From contig CAYWRH010000002.1 of NCBI GenBank assembly GCA_964460435.1, positions 15,500 through 79,499 of the forward strand: a stretch of DNA of 64,000 bases, given 5' to 3'. The notes beneath the pieces were generated by a model. That model was not told the origin of the DNA. It was given only the letters and a program-made list of their open reading frames with translations, and ran no database searches. Within the stretch, counting starts at the first letter, position 1, and each line of letters begins with the position of its first letter. This DNA is from an uncultured Desulfatiglans sp. GTDB lineage: Bacteria; Desulfobacterota; DSM-4660; Desulfatiglandales; HGW-15. Below, piece by piece: positions 46,933-56,453 of this stretch. Made by a program: the position numbers and the translations under genes.

Positions 46933-47716
46933 CGCTGATTATCTTCTCCACCAGTTTTTTGCTGACATTTTCCTGTTTTGTGCCTGACCCCACCAGAAGG
47001 GATAAATCGCACAGGTTATTGATCTTTCTGGGTACCCCGCCTGTATATTCATATATCCTTTCCACTGCATCATCAGAAAACAGGTTGCACCTTCCTCCCG
47101 CCTTTTCCTGCCTGAATATAATATACCGGGCAGTCTCTTCAAGGTTAAAGGGTGTAAGATGGTATTTTATGGCGATCCTCTGGTCAAGCTGCTCTATCTC
47201 TTTAACCTTCTTTATCAGCTCCGGCTGGCCAATAAGGATAATTGTCATGAGAAACCTGTTGTTAAGCTGGAAATTTAACAGCAGCCGTATCTCTTCAAAG
47301 GATGCCTCATTAAGTATCTGGGCCTCGTCAACAATAAGTAGGGTCTCCTTTCCGGCCTCAAGGTTTGCGAGCATCCTTTCATTGAGCGCCCTCAGGCATT
47401 TTACCTTTGTGTCAGGGATCTCCTTTATGCCGAACTGGTACAGTATCTCCTGCAAAAATTCAAGGGATTCAAGCCTGGGGTTAACGATTATCCCTATGTC
47501 ATATTTTTCTACGGGGAGTTCCCTGACAAAAACCATTGAAAGGGTGGTCTTGCCGCAGCCGATCTCGCCAGAGAGCATGGCGCTCCCCTTTCTCATCCGG
47601 GCGGCATAGATAAGACGGGTCAGCCCCTCTTCATGGCCATTAGAGAGGTAGTAAAAGTCCGGGTCAGGGACACTTTCAAATGGGAACCGGTCAAATTTCC
47701 AGTAATTCAGGTACAT
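46916..47716 (-). CDS. ExeA/MshM-like AAA ATPase (secretion-ATPase family resembling TIGR03015)
   Basis: 266 aa. The N-terminus fits the family (FPFESVPDPDFYYLSNGHEEGL). Walker A GEIGCGKTT, Walker B LLIVDEAQ and LIGQPEL are present. A 17-nt overlap links it to the next gene. Confidence 0.85.
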   Translation of the reverse strand: MYLNYWKFDRFPFESVPDPDFYYLSNGHEEGLTRLIYAARMRKGSAMLSGEIGCGKTTLSMVFVRELPVEKYDIGIIVNPRLESLEFLQEILYQFGIKEIPDTKVKCLRALNERMLANLEAGKETLLIVDEAQILNEASFEEIRLLLNFQLNNRFLMTIILIGQPELIKKVKEIEQLDQRIAIKYHLTPFNLEETARYIIFRQEKAGGRCNLFSDDAVERIYEYTGGVPRKINNLCDLSLLVGSGTKQENVSKKLVEKIISDGALF

Positions 47717-47903
47717 CTGTCACCATGTCAAAATAGCGCTTATTTAAAAATGGCGCCATTATATCCTTTTTTAAACAATTTAAAAGCTGCTTGATCAGGG
47801 TTGATAAAGAAAAAGAAACAATATATGAATAGTTCGGTAAAAAGATCAAAAATGTTTAATAAAAACGGATATTATTCCGGTATCTGCTTTTGAAAAGAGG
47901 TAA

Positions 47904-48704
47904 TTGATGAAACCTGTCCCATTTTATGACCCCAAAAACAAAAAAGTTCCGATGAAGGTGGCAGCCTTTATGTCAGGATCAGGCAGCAATATCAGGATGC
48001 TCTTAAAAAGAGAAAGGGAGCTGATTCTGGCCAGAGGAAACTCCCCTTTCCATGTTGTATTCATATACAGTGACAGGTCGGATGGCGCATGCCAGGGTGA
48101 AAGGATCGCTCTTGAATACGGACTCCCATACTTTAGCTTTGATATCCGCAGGTTTCACACCATAGCGGGTTTAAACCGCACCACACTTACCTCTGACGGA
48201 CTTGAGGCGAGAAAAAAATATGACAGTGTCGCTGCAAATCTTGTGGCTGCATTTGATATTGATCTTATTGCCCTGGGCGGCTATATGAGCGTTACCACAC
48301 TTAGGGGCTGCGTCAATGTTCACCCGGCAGACCTCTCTATTCTAACCCCTGATGGCAAAAGGAGATACACAGGAGATCATGCTGTGGCAGATGCCATACT
48401 TGCAGGAGAAAGATATATCAGGGCATCCACCCTCTGGACAGACCAGGGTGTGGATACAGGCCCCCTGCTCATGGTTTCAGGGCCTGTTGAGGTAAAGCTC
48501 CCTGAATCTCTGGAGTTCCTTAAGAAAAACCCGGAGCTGTTAAAGCAGACTGTTTCAAGACACCAGGAGCTGCTGAAAGAACAGGGGGACTGGATAATAT
48601 TCCCCCGTACAATAGAGATGATAGCAGAGGGCAGGTTTGCCATGGATGAGAAAAACAGGGTATATGTGGATGGAAGGCCTGTGCCCGAGGGGTATCGGGA
48701 TTAA
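47904..48704 (+). CDS. formyltransferase-domain protein (PurN paralogue with C-terminal extension)
   Basis: 266 aa with MSGSGSNIRMLL, NVHPADLS (N/H catalytic pair) and VDTGPLL (Asp). It is ~60 aa longer than a typical PurN. Confidence 0.75.
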   Translation: MMKPVPFYDPKNKKVPMKVAAFMSGSGSNIRMLLKRERELILARGNSPFHVVFIYSDRSDGACQGERIALEYGLPYFSFDIRRFHTIAGLNRTTLTSDGLEARKKYDSVAANLVAAFDIDLIALGGYMSVTTLRGCVNVHPADLSILTPDGKRRYTGDHAVADAILAGERYIRASTLWTDQGVDTGPLLMVSGPVEVKLPESLEFLKKNPELLKQTVSRHQELLKEQGDWIIFPRTIEMIAEGRFAMDEKNRVYVDGRPVPEGYRD

Positions 48705-48748
48705 GTGACAGAGATATAACTGATCTCTATTGCAGGAAGCTTAAAAGA

Positions 48749-49654
48749 ATGGATACGGAAAAACGGATCAAGGATATCATTAAAGAAAAGGGGCCTCTTA
48801 TTGGCTCTGAGCTTATCTCCCATTTTAAAAAAGACCCCCTCATGGTATTACGGACATGCCGGCTGTCACCTGCCCTCAAGGTGCAAACCATAGGTACAAA
48901 ATATCTTCGCCTTGACAGGAGGATAAAGGGTTATGCCCGATTATCACCCTCCATCATGAGGGAATTTTTGACCTATTCTATAGTCGGATTTTCCGATGAA
49001 CCGGGGCCGCTAAATGAAAAGGCTGAACTCCTTACCCGGAAGATAGAAAATATCAGCCGGAGCAAGTTTGAGCTTGCATATAATATAGTCTCATCACTTA
49101 TGAGCAGGCTTGAATACGGCACAGAGGAGAAGGCCTGTTTTATTATAGCCGGAGATATAGTCTTCAACATGGCCCATGATGTGCCAAGGCCCGAAAGAAG
49201 CACCAAAAAGCTTGTGCAGGGTTCGGATATTGATATAGTTGTAATAGTAATGGATGAACATGCAGAGGCGGTTATGGAGAGGCTTGATCAGGAGATATAT
49301 AAAGAAAAGTACAGCCTTCTTATCAGCCCCTATGCCCGTGAGGAGATAGATTATATAGTCAAAACAGTCTCAACCGTAAGGGAACAGCTTGAATTTGATA
49401 CCTTTAAACACATGGTTGCCTGCAAGATACTTGATGAAGGCAGATACCTTTTCGGTAATGAGGAGCTCTTCAAACGGATTAAGCAGATGCTTGTGGATGA
49501 AGGGGTAAGCCAGAGGATTAAAGAGATGGAGGAGACGGCCCTTGTGTTCAGAAATAGAGCAGAGGAGAAGCTCCTTGGTGACAACCCTGAACAGGCCCTG
49601 CATGATGATGAATACCTCTTTTACCCGGTGGAGGAGTCAGAGGAGTTTGAGTAG
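48749..49654 (+). CDS. hypothetical protein with possible minimal nucleotidyltransferase core
   Basis: 301 aa. The central FIIAGDIVFN...VQGSDIDIVVIV resembles the Pol-beta-superfamily motif. The C-terminal tail is acidic. I recognise no family. Confidence 0.5.
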   Translation: MDTEKRIKDIIKEKGPLIGSELISHFKKDPLMVLRTCRLSPALKVQTIGTKYLRLDRRIKGYARLSPSIMREFLTYSIVGFSDEPGPLNEKAELLTRKIENISRSKFELAYNIVSSLMSRLEYGTEEKACFIIAGDIVFNMAHDVPRPERSTKKLVQGSDIDIVVIVMDEHAEAVMERLDQEIYKEKYSLLISPYAREEIDYIVKTVSTVREQLEFDTFKHMVACKILDEGRYLFGNEELFKRIKQMLVDEGVSQRIKEMEETALVFRNRAEEKLLGDNPEQALHDDEYLFYPVEESEEFE

Positions 49655-49725
49655 AGTTGCAATTCCTGTCTCTCTTCATGCAGATTGATATACTTTTAGC
49701 GCAAAAAGGAGACCTCCTGCCTTAT

Positions 49726-49769
49726 CAGAAAAATTTCCGCACAACATGACATCATGCCATGCTGTGCGG
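49726..49769 (-). terminator. rho-independent terminator candidate for the porin-like gene
   Basis: On the minus strand, CCGCACAGCATG-gcatgatgt-CATGTTGTGCGG forms a 12-bp stem with one mismatch. AAATTTTTCTG follows it. The hairpin starts 25 nt downstream of the stop. Confidence 0.6.
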
Positions 49770-49793
49770 GTTAAGTATTAGACAATCTTCAGG

Positions 49794-51197
49794 CTAGAAG
49801 CTGTAAGTAACCTTGGCGGCGTACATCTCCCAGTCTTTTTCAAAGGTATGTTTATTATCCATGCCTGTGTTTTCAGACAGAGGAAGCCCTGCAACGCCCT
49901 CAATATGGTGGCCTTCCAATTTTACTGACCAGTACTGGTTAATGTCAAAACGGGCAGTCAGACACATATCATTGTTATATGCCCTGTACACCGGGTCAAG
50001 CGGTTGAAACAAATCTACAGCGGCTTTGGCGCCATCACGATCGTTCCTGTTTCCGTAGTTCTCAGAGTAGTAACCGCCCAGCTCGAACCAGTCGGTAAAA
50101 CGGTAGGTTGCCCCAACATACCAGCCGGCAGGCTTCCTGTATATGGGTGTTGATGGGTTATATACACCCGCCCATTCTGTCTGGCCCAGATAGGCAAAGG
50201 TCTGGTCAAAGGAATTGGCCATATCCGGGTATACACCCTGTGTATTGATTGTCAGTTCACGATCAGACCACATATACTCTGCAACCACCATAAGGTTATT
50301 CCATGTATATTCCGCAGAAACAACATAGTTTTCTGTTTTAACATCAGTAAAGGCATTAAAGGCATACTCACTGTAAAGTGGCATGCCGGTTTCAGGATCA
50401 ATTACAGGTATGCCGGTAACAGGGTCCATTTCCATAAACATATAGCTGAAAATCCCTGTCCCTGCAGGATATGCGCCATATGATACAAGGTCCATTGTAG
50501 CAACCTGTGCTGAGCCTCCAACCCTGAGGCCGTTTAGGGGTGTATCCCATGTAAGGCTCACTGCATATTTCTTGTCAACCTTGATATCCTGGTTCTGCAT
50601 ATAAGGATCAAATGTATTAATACCCATAAGTGACTGGGCAAGAGACTCATTGGCATCTATATTCTGGGTACCGATCATGGCCTGGTAAGAGAGCCCTCCA
50701 AACCGGCCAAGACGTGCATTGCCGTATACACCTACACCCATCAAAGAAAGGGCTGCATCGCGTTCGATCTCAGGGTATACGCTCTGTGGCAGGAAGATCC
50801 AGTTTCTAAGCATATCCACATCGCGGGTCTCATTGTAAAGACCGTGCGGTGTCTTGATCTTGCCAACACGCACACCGAGCCAGTCTTTCCAGCGGTAGTC
50901 ACCATAGGCCCAGTCCACTGTAATTTCGTTATTCCCGTAGTTGCCCAGGTCTCTTGAAAAGAGCTGTACACCGACACGCATATTTTCGGTAAGTTCTTTG
51001 CCGAAGTTAATTCCGATCTCGTTGAATTCAAATGAGCCCTCTGAGGTCTCCCCCATAAAGTTATTGTCTGTTGTGGTTAAATAGCCCTGTGATATAAAAC
51101 CATTAATTTCAATGCCCCCAACCTCCGCAGCGCCTGCACAGGTAAAACCTGATAATATTGATATAAATAATAAAGAAAAAATATATTTTAATTTCAT
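49794..51197 (-). CDS. outer-membrane beta-barrel porin-like protein
   Basis: ATG 51197 is preceded by GGAGGA. Signal peptide is MKLKYIFSLLFISILSGFTCAGA. Alternating aromatic/Gly-rich beta-strand pattern runs throughout, ending in the C-terminal ...KVTYSF. Confidence 0.65.
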   Translation of the reverse strand: MKLKYIFSLLFISILSGFTCAGAAEVGGIEINGFISQGYLTTTDNNFMGETSEGSFEFNEIGINFGKELTENMRVGVQLFSRDLGNYGNNEITVDWAYGDYRWKDWLGVRVGKIKTPHGLYNETRDVDMLRNWIFLPQSVYPEIERDAALSLMGVGVYGNARLGRFGGLSYQAMIGTQNIDANESLAQSLMGINTFDPYMQNQDIKVDKKYAVSLTWDTPLNGLRVGGSAQVATMDLVSYGAYPAGTGIFSYMFMEMDPVTGIPVIDPETGMPLYSEYAFNAFTDVKTENYVVSAEYTWNNLMVVAEYMWSDRELTINTQGVYPDMANSFDQTFAYLGQTEWAGVYNPSTPIYRKPAGWYVGATYRFTDWFELGGYYSENYGNRNDRDGAKAAVDLFQPLDPVYRAYNNDMCLTARFDINQYWSVKLEGHHIEGVAGLPLSENTGMDNKHTFEKDWEMYAAKVTYSF

Positions 51198-51248
51198 GAT
51201 ATCCTCCAATCTATTTTAGTCCGCATTAATATTTATGAGCCCGGTTCA

Positions 51249-51692
51249 CTATTTAACACTCAGGGTCTTGACTGAACCTGTATCTGCGCCGGATGAAACA
51301 AAACCTATTGAGCCCTTGTTCTCTTTGATAAATTTCAGCATCTCCTCATCAGATTTCAGCATGGGTGGCATCTCACCCTTTCCGGAAAAGACCTGGCTTC
51401 GCCAGTGACGTATATATCTGGTATTTGTGTAGTACATGTAATCCCTGAGGAATATCTTGTCGGTCGGGTCAAGCTGTAAAAAGGCAAATTTTATCTTGGT
51501 TCCATCTTCCCAGGTGGTCTGCTGCCCAAGAAAGATATTCTGAATTGCTTCCTTTGACAGAGTGGTCACTGGAAGGTCTTTGTTTCCAATAACTATTGCA
51601 TCTGAAGCAAAGAGATTGGCTCCATTAAAAGCAAGAAAAACCAGTAACAAAGTAATTATGAGCTTGATTCTTGATTTAAAACGATCTTTCAT
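51249..51692 (-). CDS. small periplasmic PstS/PBP-like domain protein
   Basis: ATG 51692 (MKDRFKSRIKL...) is preceded by GGAGGA and followed by a signal peptide. NIFLGQQTTWEDGTKI and GSIGFVSSG resemble phosphate-binding-protein-like motifs. Confidence 0.6.
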   Translation of the reverse strand: MKDRFKSRIKLIITLLLVFLAFNGANLFASDAIVIGNKDLPVTTLSKEAIQNIFLGQQTTWEDGTKIKFAFLQLDPTDKIFLRDYMYYTNTRYIRHWRSQVFSGKGEMPPMLKSDEEMLKFIKENKGSIGFVSSGADTGSVKTLSVK

Positions 51693-51943
51693 TTTCTCAT
51701 CCTCCATTTTAGCTGTAATAAATTCAGCCATATTGATCTTATTATAAAGGACCCGGGATTCACCGGGCCGCATCAGGGTGACAATCAGGGATGAGAGGTC
51801 ACAGAATACAAATGACCTTTATGAATGAGGCACACTATTAGCTTTCTATGAATCAGGCGGTAAGACTAGTATGGATATAGAAGTCTCCTTTGCCTGGGCA
51901 ATTTATTTACCTTTATATGCTTTATTTGGGTAAAACCGGGTTG

Positions 51944-52043
51944 AACAACAAAAAACAACAGTAAAACAACTTGAGAAAGGATATAACAGCCTTCCAGAAT
52001 TTACAACAGCATGAACAACAAAATAAAAAACCGGTACAACAAA
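51944..52043. promoter_or_regulatory. cluster of six ACAAC(A) motifs in a ~700-bp intergenic region
   Basis: ACAAC starts at 51945, 51955, 51966, 52003, 52015 and 52036, giving spacings of 10, 11, 37, 12 and 21 bp. AAACCGG precedes the first and last motif. Confidence 0.4.
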
Positions 52044-52400
52044 TATAAAAAATTTAAAGCAAATAATTTTTAGAACCTGCTACACTATTTGCCAAATAGA
52101 CCTCAATAAAATTCCCCTTTTATCCCCTTATGTCTCTGTTAAAAATCCCTGTGCAAGGTAGAGGCAAATATTTCAGCTATTCCATATCTCATATTTTCGA
52201 ACTGCTAATTAATTTGCATCCACATTACGCCTTTAACTGTTTTCAGACAGTTACTCATCTATCGGCAGATAAATTTGATTACTTAAAATATTTTTCATAA
52301 ATTCATAAAAACTTGACTCCGGGGAATGAAAAAGAGGGCATATATGGGGTTCAGTCAGGCAAGCGGTGCGCATCCGGGATTTACCTATTTCCTGGTGGCA

Positions 52401-54512
52401 CTATCTCAGAACATGATAACCCTTTCCATGAATGGTCAGAAGCGTGGGCATCTTTTCAACCTCGCCATCCTGGTCGAATGATATCTGGCCTGTCACGCCT
52501 GAGTAATTCTTGTATGAAAGGAGCGCCCTCTTGAAATCATCACGGGTACTGATATCATTTTCCGTAAAAAGCCCCCTTATCATCTTTATGGTGTCAAACC
52601 CTGTAGCGGCAAGAATACCCGGCGTTTTTCCATATGTTTCTTTGTATAGATTTACAAAGTCCATGATGCTAGCGGATTCATTATCCGCATAAAAACCGAC
52701 AGGGAATATTGCCCCCTGCAGGTAATCGGATGTGGTGTTCACAAGATCATCGGAGAGCCAGAGGCTTGTGCCTAAAAACGGCACATTAAATACATTATAA
52801 AATGGGAACTGGGGCGCAATAAGTGCAATATTCCTGCTGTTGTCAGGTATGAACACCGCATCAAAATCCACTATGGGGTCTCTCTTTGCATGATATTCTA
52901 TATAGGCCATGTCAGATGCCTCTGCCCCGGGCTTTATATTATCTGACTGTTCAATATCAGGCCGCTCAGTATCTATTTCTGCATCAGCTGTTTCATCAGG
53001 CAGGGTCTCTTCTGTGTAAGGAGCGGCATCATCCGCTGATTTACTGTCAACATCCTCTTCAGGCAAGGGTTTACCCTGGGCGCCCTCCAGGAGATCTTTC
53101 CTGCCGGGGATATTTTCCGCATCTGCCACCCCTTTAAGGGCAAGCCTCTCAGCCTTAAGCCTTTCAATAACCGACCTCGGACGGGGATAGTAAAGCCCGG
53201 CCATTTTTTTTATGCCGCTGCCAAAGTCCGTATCGCCCGGCTTATATGATTCAACAGCGGTTATTTCGCCGCCCATCTCATCCACCCTGTCCCAGAAGAG
53301 GTTCATCAGATACTTACCATAGGATGTGTCCGGGTAAAATATCCCGAACCTCAGCATGCCCATCTCTCCGATTGCCTTTGTCACAAGGGCATCCACCTCT
53401 TTATCAGGGGTCAGGTAGTTCCTGAATACCCAGTCTCCCTCTTTTATGATCGAGGGTTTCTGGGTAAAGGTTATGATCGGCACACCATGCTCCTGGGCCT
53501 TTTTTGCAGCAGCAGCAGATGCGGCCTGCGAAAGGGGGCCAAGTATGGCAATAACCCTCTCCTTCTGGATAAGCTCCTCAATGGCTTTAACAGTATCCTC
53601 CGGCGAGGCATTCGTATTCCTGATAACAAGCTCTATTAAGACCCCGGTATCTAACGTGTTAAAAAGATCAAGGCCAAGCTCTATGCCGTTCAGGAGCTCC
53701 TCACCGTATAGTGCATAGTCACCCTTGAGAGGCAAAAGGCAACCTATAACCTTTGTTTTTACCGTATTATTTTCTTCTTTTGCCTCGGTAATTCTGGAAA
53801 GAAGAGCCCTCCCCTTTGTGACTATCTTTTCATCGTTTTGTTCAGATGCGGAATTGACAGCAAGCGTTGCAAGCCTTTTTGCCTGTATGAATGCGTTTCT
53901 GCCAAGTGCTATTTCGGCCTGTCTCAGGTTTATTGCAGGCATGAACTGGCCTATGCCGTCAAGCTTTTTGATCCTGTTCAGGTCAGATTCATTCGTCAAG
54001 CTGATAATATCATTAACAGCATTTATAGTTTCACCCTCATAATCTCCGGAAACCCCTAAAGCTCTGGCAGTCTTCATTGAGACAATCATCCAGAAACAGG
54101 CCTCATGCATGAGGCCTGTTGCCCTGTTAGCATCCCCCATAAGCCTCTGCATCTTGTAACGCTCATGGCTTTCAGGGTAATCCTTCAGCCATTCCGCTGC
54201 CAGTGAAACAACGCCTTTATAATCACCTGTATGGTATAGAGAGAAGATCCTGTAATACCTGATAATACGGGCATCAGGATGATCCGGCCTGTTTTTGAGT
54301 ATCCTGGTGAATGCCTCAAGGGCATTGCTATACCTGCCTGCCTCGTAATCAGCAAGGGCATTTGAATAGCCCTGCGATGTTTTCACTCTTTTTTCAGGCA
54401 TTACATCCTTATGCACATCCTTATGCACTGCCCCGCAGGAAAAAAAGAGAAAGGCCATCCCCGTACAAATCACGGGGACAGCCTTTTTTATAAAAGGTTT
54501 AGTGAGGTTCAC
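52401..54512 (-). CDS. TPR plus type-1 periplasmic-binding-fold lipoprotein (LpoA/LivK-like)
   Basis: 703 aa. GTG start overlaps the dnaK stop by 1 nt. Lipoprotein signal ends ...GMAFLFFSCG. N-terminal TPRs are followed by a Peripla_BP_6-like region (VIGCLLPLKGDYALYGEELLNGIELG). That region is interrupted by an acidic low-complexity insert. Confidence 0.75.
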   Translation of the reverse strand: MNLTKPFIKKAVPVICTGMAFLFFSCGAVHKDVHKDVMPEKRVKTSQGYSNALADYEAGRYSNALEAFTRILKNRPDHPDARIIRYYRIFSLYHTGDYKGVVSLAAEWLKDYPESHERYKMQRLMGDANRATGLMHEACFWMIVSMKTARALGVSGDYEGETINAVNDIISLTNESDLNRIKKLDGIGQFMPAINLRQAEIALGRNAFIQAKRLATLAVNSASEQNDEKIVTKGRALLSRITEAKEENNTVKTKVIGCLLPLKGDYALYGEELLNGIELGLDLFNTLDTGVLIELVIRNTNASPEDTVKAIEELIQKERVIAILGPLSQAASAAAAKKAQEHGVPIITFTQKPSIIKEGDWVFRNYLTPDKEVDALVTKAIGEMGMLRFGIFYPDTSYGKYLMNLFWDRVDEMGGEITAVESYKPGDTDFGSGIKKMAGLYYPRPRSVIERLKAERLALKGVADAENIPGRKDLLEGAQGKPLPEEDVDSKSADDAAPYTEETLPDETADAEIDTERPDIEQSDNIKPGAEASDMAYIEYHAKRDPIVDFDAVFIPDNSRNIALIAPQFPFYNVFNVPFLGTSLWLSDDLVNTTSDYLQGAIFPVGFYADNESASIMDFVNLYKETYGKTPGILAATGFDTIKMIRGLFTENDISTRDDFKRALLSYKNYSGVTGQISFDQDGEVEKMPTLLTIHGKGYHVLR

Positions 54513-56434
54513 TAGTTTTTATCCTTGCCAACTTCCTCAAAGTCCGCATCAACCACATCATCATCCTTTGCCTTTCCTGAAGCGCCGCCAGATGCCCCAC
54601 CGGCCTGCTGCTGAGCCTGCTGCTCTGCGGTGGCCTTTGCATACATGGCCTCTGCTATCTTGTGTGATGCCTGGGTAAGCTCTTCGGTTAACCGCTTGAT
54701 CTCATCAACATTGTCGCCTTCCATTGCCTTTTTCAGCTTTGTAATGGCGTTTTCTATTGCTGTCTTTGAGGTTGCATCAAGATCCTTTACATCCTCCTTT
54801 AGGGATTTTTCTGTTGTATAGATCATGCTGTCAGCCATGTTCCTGGCGTCAACAAGCTCCCTCTTTTTTTTGTCCTCATCAGCGTGTATCTCAGCATCTT
54901 TCATAAGCTGCTTGATCTCTTCCTCTGAAAGCCCGCTTGATGCGGTTATCTTTATTGACTGCTCCTTGCCTGTTCCCATGTCCTTGGCAGAAACACTTAC
55001 AATGCCGTTTGCATCTATATCAAAGGTTACCTCTATCTGGGGTACGCCCCTGGGTGCAGGCGGGATGCCTACAAGCTGGAACCGGCCAAGGGTCTTGTTG
55101 TTTGCAGCCATCTCCCTTTCACCCTGAAGCACATGTATCTCTACAGCGGGCTGGTTGTCTGCGGCTGTGGAGAATATCTGGCTCTTCTTGGTCGGGATAG
55201 TGGTATTCTTTTCTATCAGTTTTGTAAATACGCCGCCAAGGGTCTCAATACCCAGAGAGAGAGGCGTAACATCCAGGAGAAGTACATCCTTCACGTCGCC
55301 CTTTAAGACACCTCCCTGGATTGCAGCGCCAACAGCGACAACCTCATCCGGGTTAACGCTCTTGCTAGGCTCCTTGCCGAATATCTCCTTTACCTTCTCC
55401 TGTACCTTGGGCATCCTGGTCATGCCTCCGACAAGGATTACCTCATCCAGTTCATTGACCTTGAACCCTGAATCCTTGATGGCAATATTGCAGGGGTTGA
55501 TCACCCTCTGAATAAGGTCATCAACAAGGGCTTCAAGCTTTGATCTTGACAGCTTCATGTTAAGATGTTTAGGGCCGCTTGCGTCTGCAGTGATAAACGG
55601 CAGGTTGATATCTGTTTCCATTGAGCCTGAAAGCTCTATCTTTGCCTTTTCAGCCGCCTCTTTAAGACGCTGTAGCGCCATCTTGTCGGTCTTAAGGTCA
55701 ATACCCTGATCCTTTTTAAACTCGTCAGCCAGGTAATTTACTATCCTGTTATCAAAGTCCTCTCCGCCAAGGTGGGTATCACCGTTAGTGGATTTAACCT
55801 CAAATACGCCATCGCCTATTTCAAGGATTGATATATCAAATGTGCCGCCGCCAAGGTCAAATACCGCTATCTTCTTATCACCCTTTTTGTCCACCCCGTA
55901 GGCAAGTGATGCGGCAGTAGGTTCGTTTATTATCCTTAATACATTTAAACCTGCAATCTTGCCTGCATCCTTTGTTGCCTGTCTCTGGCTGTCATTAAAA
56001 TATGCAGGCACGGTAATTACCGCCTCTGTAACAGGTTCGCCAAGATAATCCTCTGCGGTCTGTTTCATCTTGGTAAGGATCATGGATGATATTTCAGCAG
56101 GGCTGTAATCCTTGCCGCGGCAGGTTACCTGGGCATCGCCGTTTGGGGCCTGGGTTATCTTGTATGGAAGGATACCTAAATCCCTCTGCACCTCAGGAGA
56201 GGCATACTTTCTTCCGATGAGCCTTTTAACTGCAAAGATTGTGTTGTCAGGGTTGGTTATTGCCTGACGTTTTGCTATCTGGCCAACAAGCCTCTCGCCC
56301 TTGTCATTAAAGGCAACTATTGAAGGGGTTGTCCTGCTTCCTTCCTGGTTGGCGATAACAACAGGATCACCGCCTTCCATAACAGCAACGCAAGAGTTTG
56401 TAGTGCCAAGATCAATTCCTATAATTTTTCCCAT
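54512..56434 (-). CDS. dnaK: molecular chaperone DnaK
   Basis: 640 aa with [18 protein letters not shown] and full Hsp70 architecture. Confidence 0.98.
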   Translation of the reverse strand: MGKIIGIDLGTTNSCVAVMEGGDPVVIANQEGSRTTPSIVAFNDKGERLVGQIAKRQAITNPDNTIFAVKRLIGRKYASPEVQRDLGILPYKITQAPNGDAQVTCRGKDYSPAEISSMILTKMKQTAEDYLGEPVTEAVITVPAYFNDSQRQATKDAGKIAGLNVLRIINEPTAASLAYGVDKKGDKKIAVFDLGGGTFDISILEIGDGVFEVKSTNGDTHLGGEDFDNRIVNYLADEFKKDQGIDLKTDKMALQRLKEAAEKAKIELSGSMETDINLPFITADASGPKHLNMKLSRSKLEALVDDLIQRVINPCNIAIKDSGFKVNELDEVILVGGMTRMPKVQEKVKEIFGKEPSKSVNPDEVVAVGAAIQGGVLKGDVKDVLLLDVTPLSLGIETLGGVFTKLIEKNTTIPTKKSQIFSTAADNQPAVEIHVLQGEREMAANNKTLGRFQLVGIPPAPRGVPQIEVTFDIDANGIVSVSAKDMGTGKEQSIKITASSGLSEEEIKQLMKDAEIHADEDKKKRELVDARNMADSMIYTTEKSLKEDVKDLDATSKTAIENAITKLKKAMEGDNVDEIKRLTEELTQASHKIAEAMYAKATAEQQAQQQAGGASGGASGKAKDDDVVDADFEEVGKDKN

Positions 56435-56453
56435 TTTTATTTCTTATCCCCCT

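Noticed and set aside
52393-52400. TGGCAC on the plus strand, considered as a sigma54 -24 element.
   Set aside because: No TTGC -12 element sits at the correct spacing. It also overlaps the 3' end and stop codon of the lipoprotein CDS on the opposite strand.
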